Origin: Bacteroidia bacterium | Lineage (GTDB): Bacteria > Bacteroidota > Bacteroidia > JABEUT01 | DNA length: 64,000 nucleotides | Assembly (NCBI GenBank): GCA_052325425.1 | Contig: JBKQUY010000067.1 | Location: forward strand, 30,123 to 94,122 | Direction of reading: 5' to 3' | Part shown: positions 26,590 through 37,378 of the stretch, piece after piece | How the letters are laid out: each line of letters starts with the position of its first letter | Numbering within the stretch: the first letter of the stretch is position 1 | Notes under the pieces: model-generated | Databases searched by the model: none | Told to the model about the DNA's origin: nothing | The model's input: the letters and a program-made list of their open reading frames with translations, nothing else | Translations under genes and position numbers: made by a program

Positions 26590-29028
26590 ATGCAAAATAC
26601 AGGCAACGAAAATACATCTCCTCCTCTGGCTTCCAAAAAGACGAAGAAATTATCTTCTCTTAATGAAGAATTTGACTTGTCTTTGTTCATTTTAATAGCA
26701 CAAAAAAAATGGAAGTGGATTGTTTTGGTTTTCCTGGTTGCATTAACAGCTACAATACTTTATCTCCGCTATGCGCAGAGGGTATATGAAGAAAGTTGTA
26801 CTATACAGATTAATTCCCAAAATAAATCTAACCTGATTCTTGGTTCTGCTTCCAGTTCTCTTTATCAGAACCCTGATGAGGAGCTTGCCCAGGCGGTGGA
26901 ATTAATACGTTCTCCGCTTTTCCTAGAAGAGGTTTTTCGCTCTCTTCCAATGTCGGTTTCTTATTTTACTGAAGGTACCTTTAAACATGATGAACAATAT
27001 CCGGTATCTCCGTATTTGGTTGAATTTGATACCGTTGCAGCTAAAAAATGGCTCTCACAAAAGATATATATCAGGTGTTTTTCTCCTGATAAAGGTCAAA
27101 TAGATTATTTAAAAAATGGAGCCCATGTTATTAAGGCATTCAAATCGGATGAATGGATTAATACGCCAGACGGAAACCTGAAAATAAAAATCACAAATTT
27201 CAGCGCACTTGAGAATTTACAAGGGCAAGTAAAAACCGATGCTTGCTTTTTTTCAATAAATAGCCCTTCTCAGCTGGCCAGGCAATATATGCCCAATATA
27301 ACTGTACGCATACTTAATCCTGAAGCCCGAACATTGCAAATTTCATGTGACGATTACAATGATTTAAAGGCCGCCAATATAGCTAACGCAATAGCTAAGA
27401 TATATATTCAGCATTCCCTTAATAAAGAAAGCGAAAGCGCAGAGAGTATCTTAAAATTTGTTGATGAACAATTAGATTATGAATATGATAAGATTAAACT
27501 TATAGAACTTTCACTTGATTCCTTTCCCAATTACAATGATATTAACAACAACTCACCGGCTCAAAGTGCTTTAACACAGAACATGTCTCATTTATCTAAC
27601 CTGGAAGACCAATTGACATCATTGGATTTAAATGAGAAAATACTTTCGCATTTAGAAGGTGAAATAGGCAATAAACAGGATATTGACCCTACTGAATTAT
27701 TGATTTTACTGAGCGGCAGCGATGTTGGCGATCAATTAAAAGAATATTTAAATGACTTACGTTTAATGATGTTAAAAAAGCAAAATGAAGTTTTTGATGC
27801 AAAACCAGATAATCCCAATATCATAAATCTTGACACAGAGATTGAGGACCAGAAGAAATTAATCACACAGTGTGTTCCGGTAATCCGCGAAAAGATTGAA
27901 TCAAAAAAGGGCGATATAGAATCACAGGTTGATAACATTAAATCACAGTTTCCTAACAATATTACGGCTACTAATCTTGATAAAATGAGGTTACAAAGGC
28001 TTTTTACCGTTAATGAAAAATACTACGACGCCTTATTGGAGAAAAAAACAGAATATCAAATATCTAAAGCAGGGTATGTAGCCGAGACCCAGGTGCTTGA
28101 AAATGCTGTTACATCGCTGCTTCCTGTTTCCCCTCAAAAGACATTAAGTTTTACAATAGCTATTATGTCCGCTTTTGGTGTTACTATAATAATTCTTATT
28201 ATAATATACCTTTTTTACAATAATATTTCTTCGATTGAAGAAATTGAGCATATTGCAGAAAGCCCGATAACATTACTTGGTGTTGTACCTTTATATACTA
28301 AAGAAATTCCCTCTTCGCAATTTATAGTTAATCATAACCCCAAATCATTACTGGCCGAATCATTCCGTTCTATCCGTACAAATCTTCAATTTATTTCTAA
28401 TGATTCTGAAGCGAAAATTATTGCTATTACATCCACTGTTTCCGGTGAAGGAAAAACATTTGTCTCCATTAATCTGGCAGGGTTAATTACATATTCCGGT
28501 AAAAAGGTTATTATTCTTGATCTTGATATGCGCAAACCGAGGATTCATACTGCTCTTGGTATGGACAACTCTAAAGGCATGAGTACTTTGCTGATTGGTA
28601 AATATAAACTGGATGAGACCGTACAAGTATCAGAATTTGAAAATCTGCACGTCATTACGGCCGGGCCTATTCCCCCTAACCCTTCGGAACTTGTAATAAG
28701 CAAAGCAATGAATGACTTATTGGAAGTTCTTAAAAAACAATATGACTTTATTATAATTGATAACCCACCGGTTGGGCTTGTAACTGATGGTATTGCCATG
28801 CTTCAGAAGGCAGACTACCCGATTTATGTTATGAGGGCTGATTACTCAAAACGTGAATTTGTTCATTTTATTGACCGTTTGTATTTTAAGAATCGTTTGC
28901 ATAAGCTTTCCTACGTATTAAACGGTGTAAATCTTAAACGTAACCCCTATGGATATGGGTATTATGGATATGGATATGGATACGGGTATGGGTACGGATA
29001 CGGACATGGCAATTATTATGAAGCATAG
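26590..29028 (+). CDS. Polysaccharide co-polymerase / BY-kinase, Wzc-like (GumC/Wzz N-domain plus tyrosine autokinase)
   Basis: Two TM segments. Walker A TSTVSGEGKT. Walker A-prime ILDLDMRKPR. C-terminal tyrosine cluster YGYGYYGYGYGYGYGYGYGHGNYY. Confidence 0.85.
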   Translation: MQNTGNENTSPPLASKKTKKLSSLNEEFDLSLFILIAQKKWKWIVLVFLVALTATILYLRYAQRVYEESCTIQINSQNKSNLILGSASSSLYQNPDEELAQAVELIRSPLFLEEVFRSLPMSVSYFTEGTFKHDEQYPVSPYLVEFDTVAAKKWLSQKIYIRCFSPDKGQIDYLKNGAHVIKAFKSDEWINTPDGNLKIKITNFSALENLQGQVKTDACFFSINSPSQLARQYMPNITVRILNPEARTLQISCDDYNDLKAANIANAIAKIYIQHSLNKESESAESILKFVDEQLDYEYDKIKLIELSLDSFPNYNDINNNSPAQSALTQNMSHLSNLEDQLTSLDLNEKILSHLEGEIGNKQDIDPTELLILLSGSDVGDQLKEYLNDLRLMMLKKQNEVFDAKPDNPNIINLDTEIEDQKKLITQCVPVIREKIESKKGDIESQVDNIKSQFPNNITATNLDKMRLQRLFTVNEKYYDALLEKKTEYQISKAGYVAETQVLENAVTSLLPVSPQKTLSFTIAIMSAFGVTIIILIIIYLFYNNISSIEEIEHIAESPITLLGVVPLYTKEIPSSQFIVNHNPKSLLAESFRSIRTNLQFISNDSEAKIIAITSTVSGEGKTFVSINLAGLITYSGKKVIILDLDMRKPRIHTALGMDNSKGMSTLLIGKYKLDETVQVSEFENLHVITAGPIPPNPSELVISKAMNDLLEVLKKQYDFIIIDNPPVGLVTDGIAMLQKADYPIYVMRADYSKREFVHFIDRLYFKNRLHKLSYVLNGVNLKRNPYGYGYYGYGYGYGYGYGYGHGNYYEA

Positions 29029-29100
29029 GCTTCATGTTCCGGTCTCCATGTTACAGTATTGTAATTTTATTTACCTGTGATGAAGTGGAAATAAAAATGG

Positions 29101-32100
29101 CTATTTCTGTAAATCAATCTTTTTCACCATTGCTCCTTTTCCGCTAATTATCCTGACTATATAAATCCCATCTGGCAGATTAGCCAAATTAACCTTAGTT
29201 GTATATGGTGACACCTCAGCGTTTATTTGCTGGCTAAATACTATGTTTCCTAATTCGTCATAAATTAACAATTCTGTTTGCCCAAGGGCAGGCAACAAAA
29301 TGTATAACAGGCCATTATTGGGATTAGGAAAGATTTTTACGCAGTTGGTGCTATAAGCCAATGCCTGTATTCCGGTGACAACATATCCTGAATCGCACTC
29401 TGTACCACAGCCGTATGGACTGGTTATACATACGCTATACCAACCGCTGTCAAGGTTATTGATAAGGGAATCGCCCGTAGCTCCATTACTCCATATATAG
29501 AAATAATAGAGACTGTCCCCCTCCGGAATGCCACCGGTAACATGCACGGTAATGGCGCCATCACTGCATCCCGGGCATGTAGTAGAATCAACCGTTAAAC
29601 TTACAATTGCCATGGGCTGAGCAACAGTAATTTTTACAGCAGTATCAAAAATGCACCCGTTTAAATCCGTTATTTCACATAAATAGCCACCCACACCGGC
29701 ATTTGCTATTGAATCATTTGTTGAACCCGAGCTCCATGAATAGCTGTAAGGAGGAACCCCGCCGGAAACATTTGCCGTTGCCGAGCCTCCACCGGATGAA
29801 CCGGAACAAATTCCTGTAACTTGTATTGCGGCAACAATCTGCGGAGGCTGGATGATTGAAATTGTGTCTTGTACAAAGCAACCTGTAGCATCGGCAACAA
29901 CACAAGTATATGATCCGGCGGCAAGATTTGTAGCAATATAATTTGTGCCTGCGCCCGAAGACCATTGATACTTATATGGCAGAGTACCCTTAACATTTGC
30001 AGTTAAAGTTCCTGTGCTGTCGCCGTAACATCTTATTCCATGTGTTATGGTAATTGTCTCCTTAGGTCCTCCTGTATCAGGCACTGTAACTTCTGCTTCT
30101 GTTATGCAATGCAGTGAGTCAGTAATTTTACAAAAATACGAACCCCCGGAAAGATTTGCAATAGTAGTGGTGGTAAGCCCGTTTGACCATAAATATGCAT
30201 AGGGAGCAACTCCGCCGGAGACCACAGCAATACTTGCTGAACCAGTACTTTTTCCGCATTTGGTAACAGTTGCAGAAGTATCAATACTTAGCGGATCGGG
30301 GCTTGTAATTGTTTCTATTATTTGCGCCGGGTATGCAGGGCAGTTATTTTTATCAGTTATGGTACAGGTATAAATTCCGGCGCTAAGAATATTTATAAAT
30401 GGCCCGCTTCCAATGCCCGGGGGCGTCCATAAATATGTATAAGGTGGAGTACCACCCACCGCGCCAACATTTATAGCTCCATTATTACCTCCGGAACAGG
30501 TTACATTTATACTCCTGGACACACTATCTCTCAATTGCGGTGGCTGGGTTATTGTTACTGTAGCAGTTCCAACGCAGCCGGCGCTATCAGTTGTACTGAA
30601 AGTATATGTCCCTGCAACAAGTTTTGCAGCGGTTGAACCAGTTCCTCCGTATGGAGACCACAGAAATGAAGTATCCGGCAAATGGCCACCTGAAACAATT
30701 GCCGTCGCGGTTCCGGTTGAATCACCATGACAGATAACATTTGCTGATGTAATAATGCTGGCTTTAGGGCCGTCAATATTGGGCAAATAAACTATTGCAG
30801 TTTGTGTGCAACCTAAGGAGTCGGTAATTGCACATGTATAAGATTGTGCAGGCAGGCCCGTTACAAGGGTGCTTGTAACTCCTGTGGGAGACCATAAATA
30901 CGTATAAGGAGGGGTTCCGCCTGTAACACTGACATCTACCGAGCCACTATCTTTACTACAGGGGGTTGGGGTATATGAAGTTACACCTATAATTTCTGCA
31001 GGTTGTGTTATAGTCACTATATCTGCTACTTTACAATGGTTAGAATCATAAATAACACAAGTATATGTGCCTGAAACTAATCCATTTATCGCAGGATTTG
31101 AACCGGCACCTGCAGACCAGGTATAGGAATATGGCGGAGTGCCGCCTGTTACCCCCACTACTGCGCTTCCTGTGTTTAAACCATAACAATTCACATTAGT
31201 TTTAGCTGAAGTACTATCTTTTAGTGGAGCAGCAGGCTGAGTAATTGCAATTGCAATTTGGCTTATACATTTATTAGAATCTATAACAGTGCAGGTATAT
31301 GAACCAATAGACAAGTTATCAGCCACCGAATCTGTGTTGGAAGAGGAAGACCATGCATAACTATATGGTTTTGTACCCCCATTTACGCTAATTGTTGCAC
31401 TGCCATTTTTACCGCCAAAACATGATACATTGGTTAATTGCTTTATACTGTCTGTTAATTGCGCAGGTTGATTTATAGTAAAACTAAAATTATATGCTAT
31501 GTCCTTTGCATCAACAACAGTAGCGGCATAATTACCTGCTTTTAATCCGGAATCAGTATCAGTTGTGGCTCCATTGCTCCATTTATATGATAGTGGATAA
31601 TGCCCCCCTCTGACATTTATTGTAGCTGCTCCTCCGTTATCTCCAAAACATACATTATTCTTTGTTGTAATTGTCGCACTCATAGCTTCAACCAAATCGC
31701 CATAAGGGTTTGCGCCATTAGCACCATTGAAACTTAATATTGTATCTTCAATTGCTGTTACAGGGTTGAAACTAAATACCACACCATTATTGTATTTGCC
31801 TCCATTCAAGGTCATGCCATACAAAATTCCGTCATCGGCCTGTATCAAACTTCCATGAGGATTAGCCCCATCTGTTCCATTAAAACTCCAAAGAACAGTG
31901 TCTTTACCGGTAGTCAGATTATAACGAAATATTACCCCCAGGTTAAAAGCCCCTCCTGCCGATGTCATTCCATAAAGGTTGCCATCGGTGGCCTGAATAA
32001 GGCTGCCATAGGGTAATGTTCCGAGTGAATCTTTCAGGCTTACCAATACCGTTTGTGTATTGGTATTAATATTATAACGGAAAATTACTCCGCTGTCCAA

Positions 32101-32829
32101 AGTACCGCCTTGAAGTGTCATTCCATAAAGATTACTGTCAGATGCCTGTATAAGGCTGCCATGCGGGATTGAACCATTTGAACCATTAGCTGCAAAATAT
32201 ATTAAATCAATAAAAGAAGAATCGGCCGGATTAAAGCTGAATAATGTTCCATAGGTAGAATCTTGATTACTTGTCATTCCATACAACAAACCATTATTTG
32301 CCATAATAAGGCTTCCATATACTTGATATCCAGATGATTTAGTAAAATCAAAATATTCATAAAAAACCGAGGTATTTATATTATAATTAAAAATACCTCC
32401 AGCATTATTTTTGCCACCCTGATAAACCATGCCATATAAAACCCCATGGGGAACAGCTAATAAACTTCCATGAGGAAAAGCCCCATCTATATCTTCAAAC
32501 TGATGCAATACTGTCTCGCTATCAGTCAATATATTAAATTTAAAAATTGTGCCATATTGCGAACTATTATATGTCATTCCATATAACTGGCTATCAGTAT
32601 CTTGTATAAGATTTCCATAAGGATTAAACCCGTCGCCATCGGCATTATTCAGGAAAGAATTCAATAAAGAATAGCTGCTGTCTGCCAGGTCTATGCTGAA
32701 CAGGCTACCATCACCAAACTTTCCTCCGCTATATGTCATACCATATAATACTCCAACCTTTTGAGCGCTGCAAAAGTCAGAAAAGTGACTTAGAAAAAAG
32801 AAAACCAATAATGGAAGGATGCGCCTCAT
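29101..32829 (-). CDS. T9SS cargo: giant surface protein with N-terminal Gloeo_Verruco-type repeats (LYGMTxxGGxxxxGxxF), about 9 SprB-type repeats (GGTPPYTYLWSP) and a C-terminal T9SS sorting domain
   Basis: 1242 aa. Signal peptide. Repeats read directly from the sequence. C-terminal ...IFPNPNNGLLYI...GIYIVRIISGKGAMVKKIDLQK matches the por-secretion type A tail. Confidence 0.85.
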   Translation of the reverse strand: MRRILPLLVFFFLSHFSDFCSAQKVGVLYGMTYSGGKFGDGSLFSIDLADSSYSLLNSFLNNADGDGFNPYGNLIQDTDSQLYGMTYNSSQYGTIFKFNILTDSETVLHQFEDIDGAFPHGSLLAVPHGVLYGMVYQGGKNNAGGIFNYNINTSVFYEYFDFTKSSGYQVYGSLIMANNGLLYGMTSNQDSTYGTLFSFNPADSSFIDLIYFAANGSNGSIPHGSLIQASDSNLYGMTLQGGTLDSGVIFRYNINTNTQTVLVSLKDSLGTLPYGSLIQATDGNLYGMTSAGGAFNLGVIFRYNLTTGKDTVLWSFNGTDGANPHGSLIQADDGILYGMTLNGGKYNNGVVFSFNPVTAIEDTILSFNGANGANPYGDLVEAMSATITTKNNVCFGDNGGAATINVRGGHYPLSYKWSNGATTDTDSGLKAGNYAATVVDAKDIAYNFSFTINQPAQLTDSIKQLTNVSCFGGKNGSATISVNGGTKPYSYAWSSSSNTDSVADNLSIGSYTCTVIDSNKCISQIAIAITQPAAPLKDSTSAKTNVNCYGLNTGSAVVGVTGGTPPYSYTWSAGAGSNPAINGLVSGTYTCVIYDSNHCKVADIVTITQPAEIIGVTSYTPTPCSKDSGSVDVSVTGGTPPYTYLWSPTGVTSTLVTGLPAQSYTCAITDSLGCTQTAIVYLPNIDGPKASIITSANVICHGDSTGTATAIVSGGHLPDTSFLWSPYGGTGSTAAKLVAGTYTFSTTDSAGCVGTATVTITQPPQLRDSVSRSINVTCSGGNNGAINVGAVGGTPPYTYLWTPPGIGSGPFINILSAGIYTCTITDKNNCPAYPAQIIETITSPDPLSIDTSATVTKCGKSTGSASIAVVSGGVAPYAYLWSNGLTTTTIANLSGGSYFCKITDSLHCITEAEVTVPDTGGPKETITITHGIRCYGDSTGTLTANVKGTLPYKYQWSSGAGTNYIATNLAAGSYTCVVADATGCFVQDTISIIQPPQIVAAIQVTGICSGSSGGGSATANVSGGVPPYSYSWSSGSTNDSIANAGVGGYLCEITDLNGCIFDTAVKITVAQPMAIVSLTVDSTTCPGCSDGAITVHVTGGIPEGDSLYYFYIWSNGATGDSLINNLDSGWYSVCITSPYGCGTECDSGYVVTGIQALAYSTNCVKIFPNPNNGLLYILLPALGQTELLIYDELGNIVFSQQINAEVSPYTTKVNLANLPDGIYIVRIISGKGAMVKKIDLQK

Positions 32830-32889
32830 TGCTTGCTTATACTTGAAAAAGTATATAAAGTTAAGAAAAAAACAGGAAACATCATGATT

Positions 32890-33894
32890 TCAGACATTTG
32901 CAGGTATGATACAAGTACATAATAATCCAATAGTTTTTATATGCTTGATATTAACCTTACAGCTTCTGAATATAAACAAAAAAAACCTGATTATACGTAA
33001 AACGACTCTCCCGGCAATAATTGGCATTTTTAACTTTCTTATAACTATTATGCTTTGTATGTAACCACTCTTCCCTTTATACCGGGGCAACAGATTTAAT
33101 GTTTCGATATCATTTTGAATATATGCTGATGCAGCCGCAGCATCCAAACGAAATAAAGCTATTTTACTATATGGAATGTTTTTTGAAAAAATCTCTAATT
33201 GTGAAGGATACCAATTGGTTGTATGCGTTAAGCTATTTCCGCGCACCCTGTATTTTTCCGAAATATAGCCTGAAAAAATAAAACTATATTTTCTCGCCAG
33301 CCGTAAAAGCATATCCGTATCTTCGCCTACCAGGTTTTCATCAAAGGGGCCAACAGCCCTGTAACAGTCTGTTTTAATCATCGCCGCACTGTAATGAAAC
33401 CATAAATTACCGCTTAGGATAGCTTCATAAATATTACCTTCCGGAGGGGTTTTTAATTTACCGAGTTTTATAAACTGTGCAGCCTTCGGCGCCCCATTTT
33501 CATCTACCAGGTATGAATCAGAATATATGCCGCAAACATTGCCAGGCGCTTTTTCCATAAGTTCCACCTGTATTTTAATTTTATCCGGCATCATCAAATC
33601 ATCAGTCGCAATTTCCGATATATATTTTCCCGTGGCAGTATTTATCAGTTTATTCAGAACAGCAGGTAACCCTATATTCTTTTCATTTTCAATAAAAGTA
33701 TATTTCCCTGTATAGTTCTTTAGCCATTCTTTTATACGCTGCGGACTGTCATCAGTTGAGCAGTCGTCCGTAACTATCAATTCAATATTCGGGTAACTCT
33801 GGTTTTTTATGCTCTCCAGGGTTTCAATAACATACTTTGCATTATTATAATTGGATGCACCAATTGTTACAAGAGGTAATAATGTATCTTCCAT
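32890..33894 (-). CDS. Glycosyltransferase family 2
   Basis: N-terminal GT-A signature SNYNNAKYVIETLESIKNQSYPNIELIVTDDCSTDDS. Confidence 0.85.
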   Translation of the reverse strand: MEDTLLPLVTIGASNYNNAKYVIETLESIKNQSYPNIELIVTDDCSTDDSPQRIKEWLKNYTGKYTFIENEKNIGLPAVLNKLINTATGKYISEIATDDLMMPDKIKIQVELMEKAPGNVCGIYSDSYLVDENGAPKAAQFIKLGKLKTPPEGNIYEAILSGNLWFHYSAAMIKTDCYRAVGPFDENLVGEDTDMLLRLARKYSFIFSGYISEKYRVRGNSLTHTTNWYPSQLEIFSKNIPYSKIALFRLDAAAASAYIQNDIETLNLLPRYKGKSGYIQSIIVIRKLKMPIIAGRVVLRIIRFFLFIFRSCKVNIKHIKTIGLLCTCIIPANV

Positions 33895-34997
33895 TAAAAG
33901 AAGCTTTTTATTTTTCCCGATATAAATTCAACCTGGTCCTCGGTAAGTCCTGGATATATAGGTAAACTCAGACAAGTATCGGCCATTTTCTCTGCAGCAG
34001 GAAAATCTCCTTTCTTAAATCCTAAGTAACTGTATGCTTTCTGAAGATGAGGAGGAATAGGGTAATGAATTAAAGTGCCTATGTTATTCCTGCTTAAATA
34101 TTCCTGCAGCCCATCGCGCTTGGCGGTCCGAATTACATATTGGTGGTAAACGCTTGTTGACTCTGCAATTACTGTCGGCAAAATTAAATCTCCTATTTCC
34201 TTAAGCCTATTATTATATTGTTCTGCAATTAACACTCGCTCTTTGTTCCACTTATCAAGGTATTTTAATTTTACCTGTAAAAAAGCAGCCTGTACCTCAT
34301 CTAATCTTGAATTATATCCTATTATATTATTAACATATTTAACTCTTGACCCATAATTTCCAAGTTCTCTTATTTTTTCATTTAACTCTTTATTATTCGT
34401 TGTTATGGCGCCGGCATCACCTAACGCCCCAATATTTTTTGCAGGATAGAAACTTGTGCAATTTAAAATCCCGAAACTGCCGGTATGCCTCTTTTTATGC
34501 ATAGCCCCTTGTGCCTGGGCATTATCTTCTATAACATAGATTGAATGCCTTTCGGCTAATTCCATAATCCTTGTCATGTCACACGCTTGTCCATACAAGT
34601 GCACCGGAATAATTGCCTTGGTTCTTGAAGTAATGGCCTGTTCAACATTTTCCGGAGAAATATTAAAAGTTTCTGAAGGTTCAGCAAATACAGGCACCGC
34701 ACCTGCATGAGTTACGGCAAGCACCGTCGCAATATATGTATTGGACGGGACAACTACCTCATCTCCATTACCTATGCCAAGTGCAGTAAGCGATAAAAAC
34801 AAAGCGTCTAATCCGTTACCCACTCCGGCACAATACCTGGTTCCATAATATTCAGCAAATTGCTTTTCAAAGGTTTTTACATTTTCTCCAAGTATATATT
34901 GCCCCGAATTATAAACCTTTTCAAATTGGGCAAATATTTCATCATGCTCAACTTTATTGATTTCAGAAAATGAGAAAAAGGGAATATTATCAAACAT
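33894..34997 (-). CDS. DegT/DnrJ/EryC1/StrS-family PLP-dependent sugar aminotransferase (FdtB/WbpE-like)
   Basis: 367 aa. Conserved aminotransferase fold residues. Lies in the sugar operon. Confidence 0.9.
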   Translation of the reverse strand: MFDNIPFFSFSEINKVEHDEIFAQFEKVYNSGQYILGENVKTFEKQFAEYYGTRYCAGVGNGLDALFLSLTALGIGNGDEVVVPSNTYIATVLAVTHAGAVPVFAEPSETFNISPENVEQAITSRTKAIIPVHLYGQACDMTRIMELAERHSIYVIEDNAQAQGAMHKKRHTGSFGILNCTSFYPAKNIGALGDAGAITTNNKELNEKIRELGNYGSRVKYVNNIIGYNSRLDEVQAAFLQVKLKYLDKWNKERVLIAEQYNNRLKEIGDLILPTVIAESTSVYHQYVIRTAKRDGLQEYLSRNNIGTLIHYPIPPHLQKAYSYLGFKKGDFPAAEKMADTCLSLPIYPGLTEDQVEFISGKIKSFF

Positions 34998-35952
34998 ATT
35001 TTTCTAATAAGAAATAGTTCGCCGTATCTATTTTATAAAAGTTATGTGAGCTGGCACGGGCGCCAAAACCCTCTTTCCAAAGAGCAAGGCCCTGGTTCAA
35101 ATAACGTCCTTCATCCTCATTGGAGATTCCGAAATTGAAATATTTATAATTTCCATAATACTCAAGTAATGAAACAAAAAGGTAATCAAGCGCTCCTATA
35201 TTTTTACCCTTTTCATTTGCCGAAATATACTGAACATTTATTGTTTCATGATTAATAAACAATACAGTACCCGCAACTATTTGCCCTTTAATACTTGCAG
35301 TATGCAATTTAATATTCCCCGGGAATGAATTTGCTAACAAGGTAATTTCTTCCTTTGTATGGACTGGTTTAACATTATGGCTCTTCATCAGGTTTGGTTC
35401 AAGAACTTTATCCCAAAATAAGGAATAGTCATTATTTTGCGCAATTACAACATCCATTCTTTTTGCCTTGCTGATATTGCTTTTCTTCCCTTTCTGTAAG
35501 TTTATCCCATCACCTAATTCCAGCAGAAAACTGGCGTCTCTCCGGTAGAGAACTGCATTAAGAAGAAAAAACACATATTCATCTTCAAAAGTATGCTGCT
35601 TATGATAATAATAAGGTATCTGCTTATAAAGCAACTCGTTTATGCTGTTTGAACTATAATATTCTAAAATTTTATAAAAACTTTCTGTAACATCCCTCAA
35701 TCTGGCATCGGCATTAATTATAAGGCCGCCATAGGTAAGCCCGCCATGAGAAACAGCTTTATTATCGTGATAATTAGCAGGTAACAAAGCAATAAGTTTA
35801 CAATCATCATATACCATTAGCGAGTAATCATGGAATCTATCGGCATGGTAATCCATAAAACTCCTTTTGAAAAGAAACGTACCGTTTCTTGATTTTTCTA
35901 CAAACTCATCCCATTCATTCTTAAACTTACTATTATACCTGATTATTTTCAT
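34990..35952 (-). CDS. FemAB-like / GNAT-fold acyltransferase (polysaccharide-locus type)
   Basis: 320 aa. Tandem GNAT-like halves typical of FemAB-family proteins found in glycan loci. Confidence 0.55.
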   Translation of the reverse strand: MKIIRYNSKFKNEWDEFVEKSRNGTFLFKRSFMDYHADRFHDYSLMVYDDCKLIALLPANYHDNKAVSHGGLTYGGLIINADARLRDVTESFYKILEYYSSNSINELLYKQIPYYYHKQHTFEDEYVFFLLNAVLYRRDASFLLELGDGINLQKGKKSNISKAKRMDVVIAQNNDYSLFWDKVLEPNLMKSHNVKPVHTKEEITLLANSFPGNIKLHTASIKGQIVAGTVLFINHETINVQYISANEKGKNIGALDYLFVSLLEYYGNYKYFNFGISNEDEGRYLNQGLALWKEGFGARASSHNFYKIDTANYFLLEKYV

Positions 35953-35973
35953 TAATTTATCGAGAGCTCAGAA

Positions 35974-36375
35974 TTAAACATTTTTAAAAACATCATATTC
36001 TCTGATATAATCATCTTCATTATATTCTTCAGATGCAAGGCACAATAAAACCGCATCCTTTGATAACTCTATTGTTCTCCAATGCATGGGAGGAATAAAT
36101 AACCCTTTGGAGGGGTGGTCAAGAACAAAACGGAATTTATCACCTGCTTTGTCTTCCAGGTTAAAAATAATACACCCATGCACTGCGCAAATTACCTGCC
36201 TGAGTTTTTTATGAGTATGGTGTCCTCGCACAACGCCATCGGGTGTATAATATGTCCAATACACTCTTTTAATTGCAAAAGGAATAAGCGGAGCCTGGGC
36301 AACACTTATATAGCCGTTTTCGGGTTCACCTATGCCGGTAAAGTTTATTAAATATGGTTTTCCGGCCTGTTTCAT
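35974..36375 (-). CDS. dTDP-4-dehydro-6-deoxyglucose 3,4-ketoisomerase-like cupin (FdtA/WxcM-like)
   Basis: Cupin with HxH...H motif (RGHHTHKK... HGC). About 134 aa from MKQAGK. Confidence 0.75.
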   Translation of the reverse strand: MKQAGKPYLINFTGIGEPENGYISVAQAPLIPFAIKRVYWTYYTPDGVVRGHHTHKKLRQVICAVHGCIIFNLEDKAGDKFRFVLDHPSKGLFIPPMHWRTIELSKDAVLLCLASEEYNEDDYIREYDVFKNV

Positions 36376-36403
36376 TTTATAGCTCTGCAATAATATTTCA
36401 ATA

Positions 36404-37378
36404 TTAATTTTTATTAAACCTTAAATATATATATTTTAATAGAGAGTGTAATTTAATATAAACAGGCGAAACAGGATAATCATTCTCTTTTAGCCTTGGG
36501 CCCATAATTGTTTGATAAATAAATTTTTCAATGGGGTTTAGTTCTTTTTTCCACTTCGAAATACTATTCACATTTATTTTTTGCTTAAACATTTCATCGG
36601 TGTACCAGGTTCCTTCAACATTCATTTTCAATGAACCCGCATCTGCCAATTCCGGGGTTAATTGCCGAGGTTCGACAGGCAAGTTTAAAAAGGCCATAAT
36701 TTCACCCAGTTTTTTTTCAGGATTACCTGTTAAATCCTCATACTTTACGGCAATATGCCTGTTCTCGAACCGGTTATTATTTTTTAATTGTAAATATTCC
36801 CTCGATGCTTTGTTCCACATAAGAGCCCAGTCCTTCATACTGTATAGCATTTGGCTATCATTCTCCCGGGCGCGTTTTTTTACCTGCTTATAAGAATTTA
36901 TTACATCCCGTCCATCTCTGTAAACATAAATGAATTTACTCTCCGGAATAAGTTCAAGTATTTGTTCGGCACAATCTATATTATCCGGAGTTTTCTCTGA
37001 GAAATATTCAAAATTGCCCGCTTCAATATTATTTAAGAGTAAATCATAAATAAATTTTCTCCAATATTCCTTAAGTTGTTCCTGGTTATAAAATGCTGAT
37101 TGCCTGTTCAAATAAACAGGACTATTCATTTTCCCATATATAAGAAGAAGTTGGGGAAGGAAATCAAATTCATCATACCCTGTTATTCTGGAATTGAGCA
37201 GCAAAAGCTTTTGTACTAAGGTAGTGCCCGATCTTCCGCAACCTCCAATAAAAACAAACTTTATATTGTTATTTTTAACCAAATTTATTGTATTCAATTT
37301 CAAAGTCCACAAAAAAAGTATCCCTCCCTTTTGTCTGAACAGTCCCTGTACCATGAAAATCACCTTCATCAACCACAA
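36404..37378 (-). CDS. Sulfotransferase family protein
   Basis: PAPS 5-prime-phosphosulfate-binding loop FIGGCGRSGTT near the N-terminus and 3-prime-phosphate site RDGRDV. The start is uncertain (ATG at 37378 overlaps the wzt 3-prime end by about 100 bp; TTG options lie closer). Confidence 0.75.
   Translation of the reverse strand: MWLMKVIFMVQGLFRQKGGILFLWTLKLNTINLVKNNNIKFVFIGGCGRSGTTLVQKLLLLNSRITGYDEFDFLPQLLLIYGKMNSPVYLNRQSAFYNQEQLKEYWRKFIYDLLLNNIEAGNFEYFSEKTPDNIDCAEQILELIPESKFIYVYRDGRDVINSYKQVKKRARENDSQMLYSMKDWALMWNKASREYLQLKNNNRFENRHIAVKYEDLTGNPEKKLGEIMAFLNLPVEPRQLTPELADAGSLKMNVEGTWYTDEMFKQKINVNSISKWKKELNPIEKFIYQTIMGPRLKENDYPVSPVYIKLHSLLKYIYLRFNKN

Noticed and set aside
29706-30776. Several 60-100 aa ORFs antisense within the 1242-aa T9SS gene, and similar ones inside the NHL and protease genes (43851..44189, 60856..61116)
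   Set aside because: Shadow ORFs in repeat-rich coding sequence. No independent signals.
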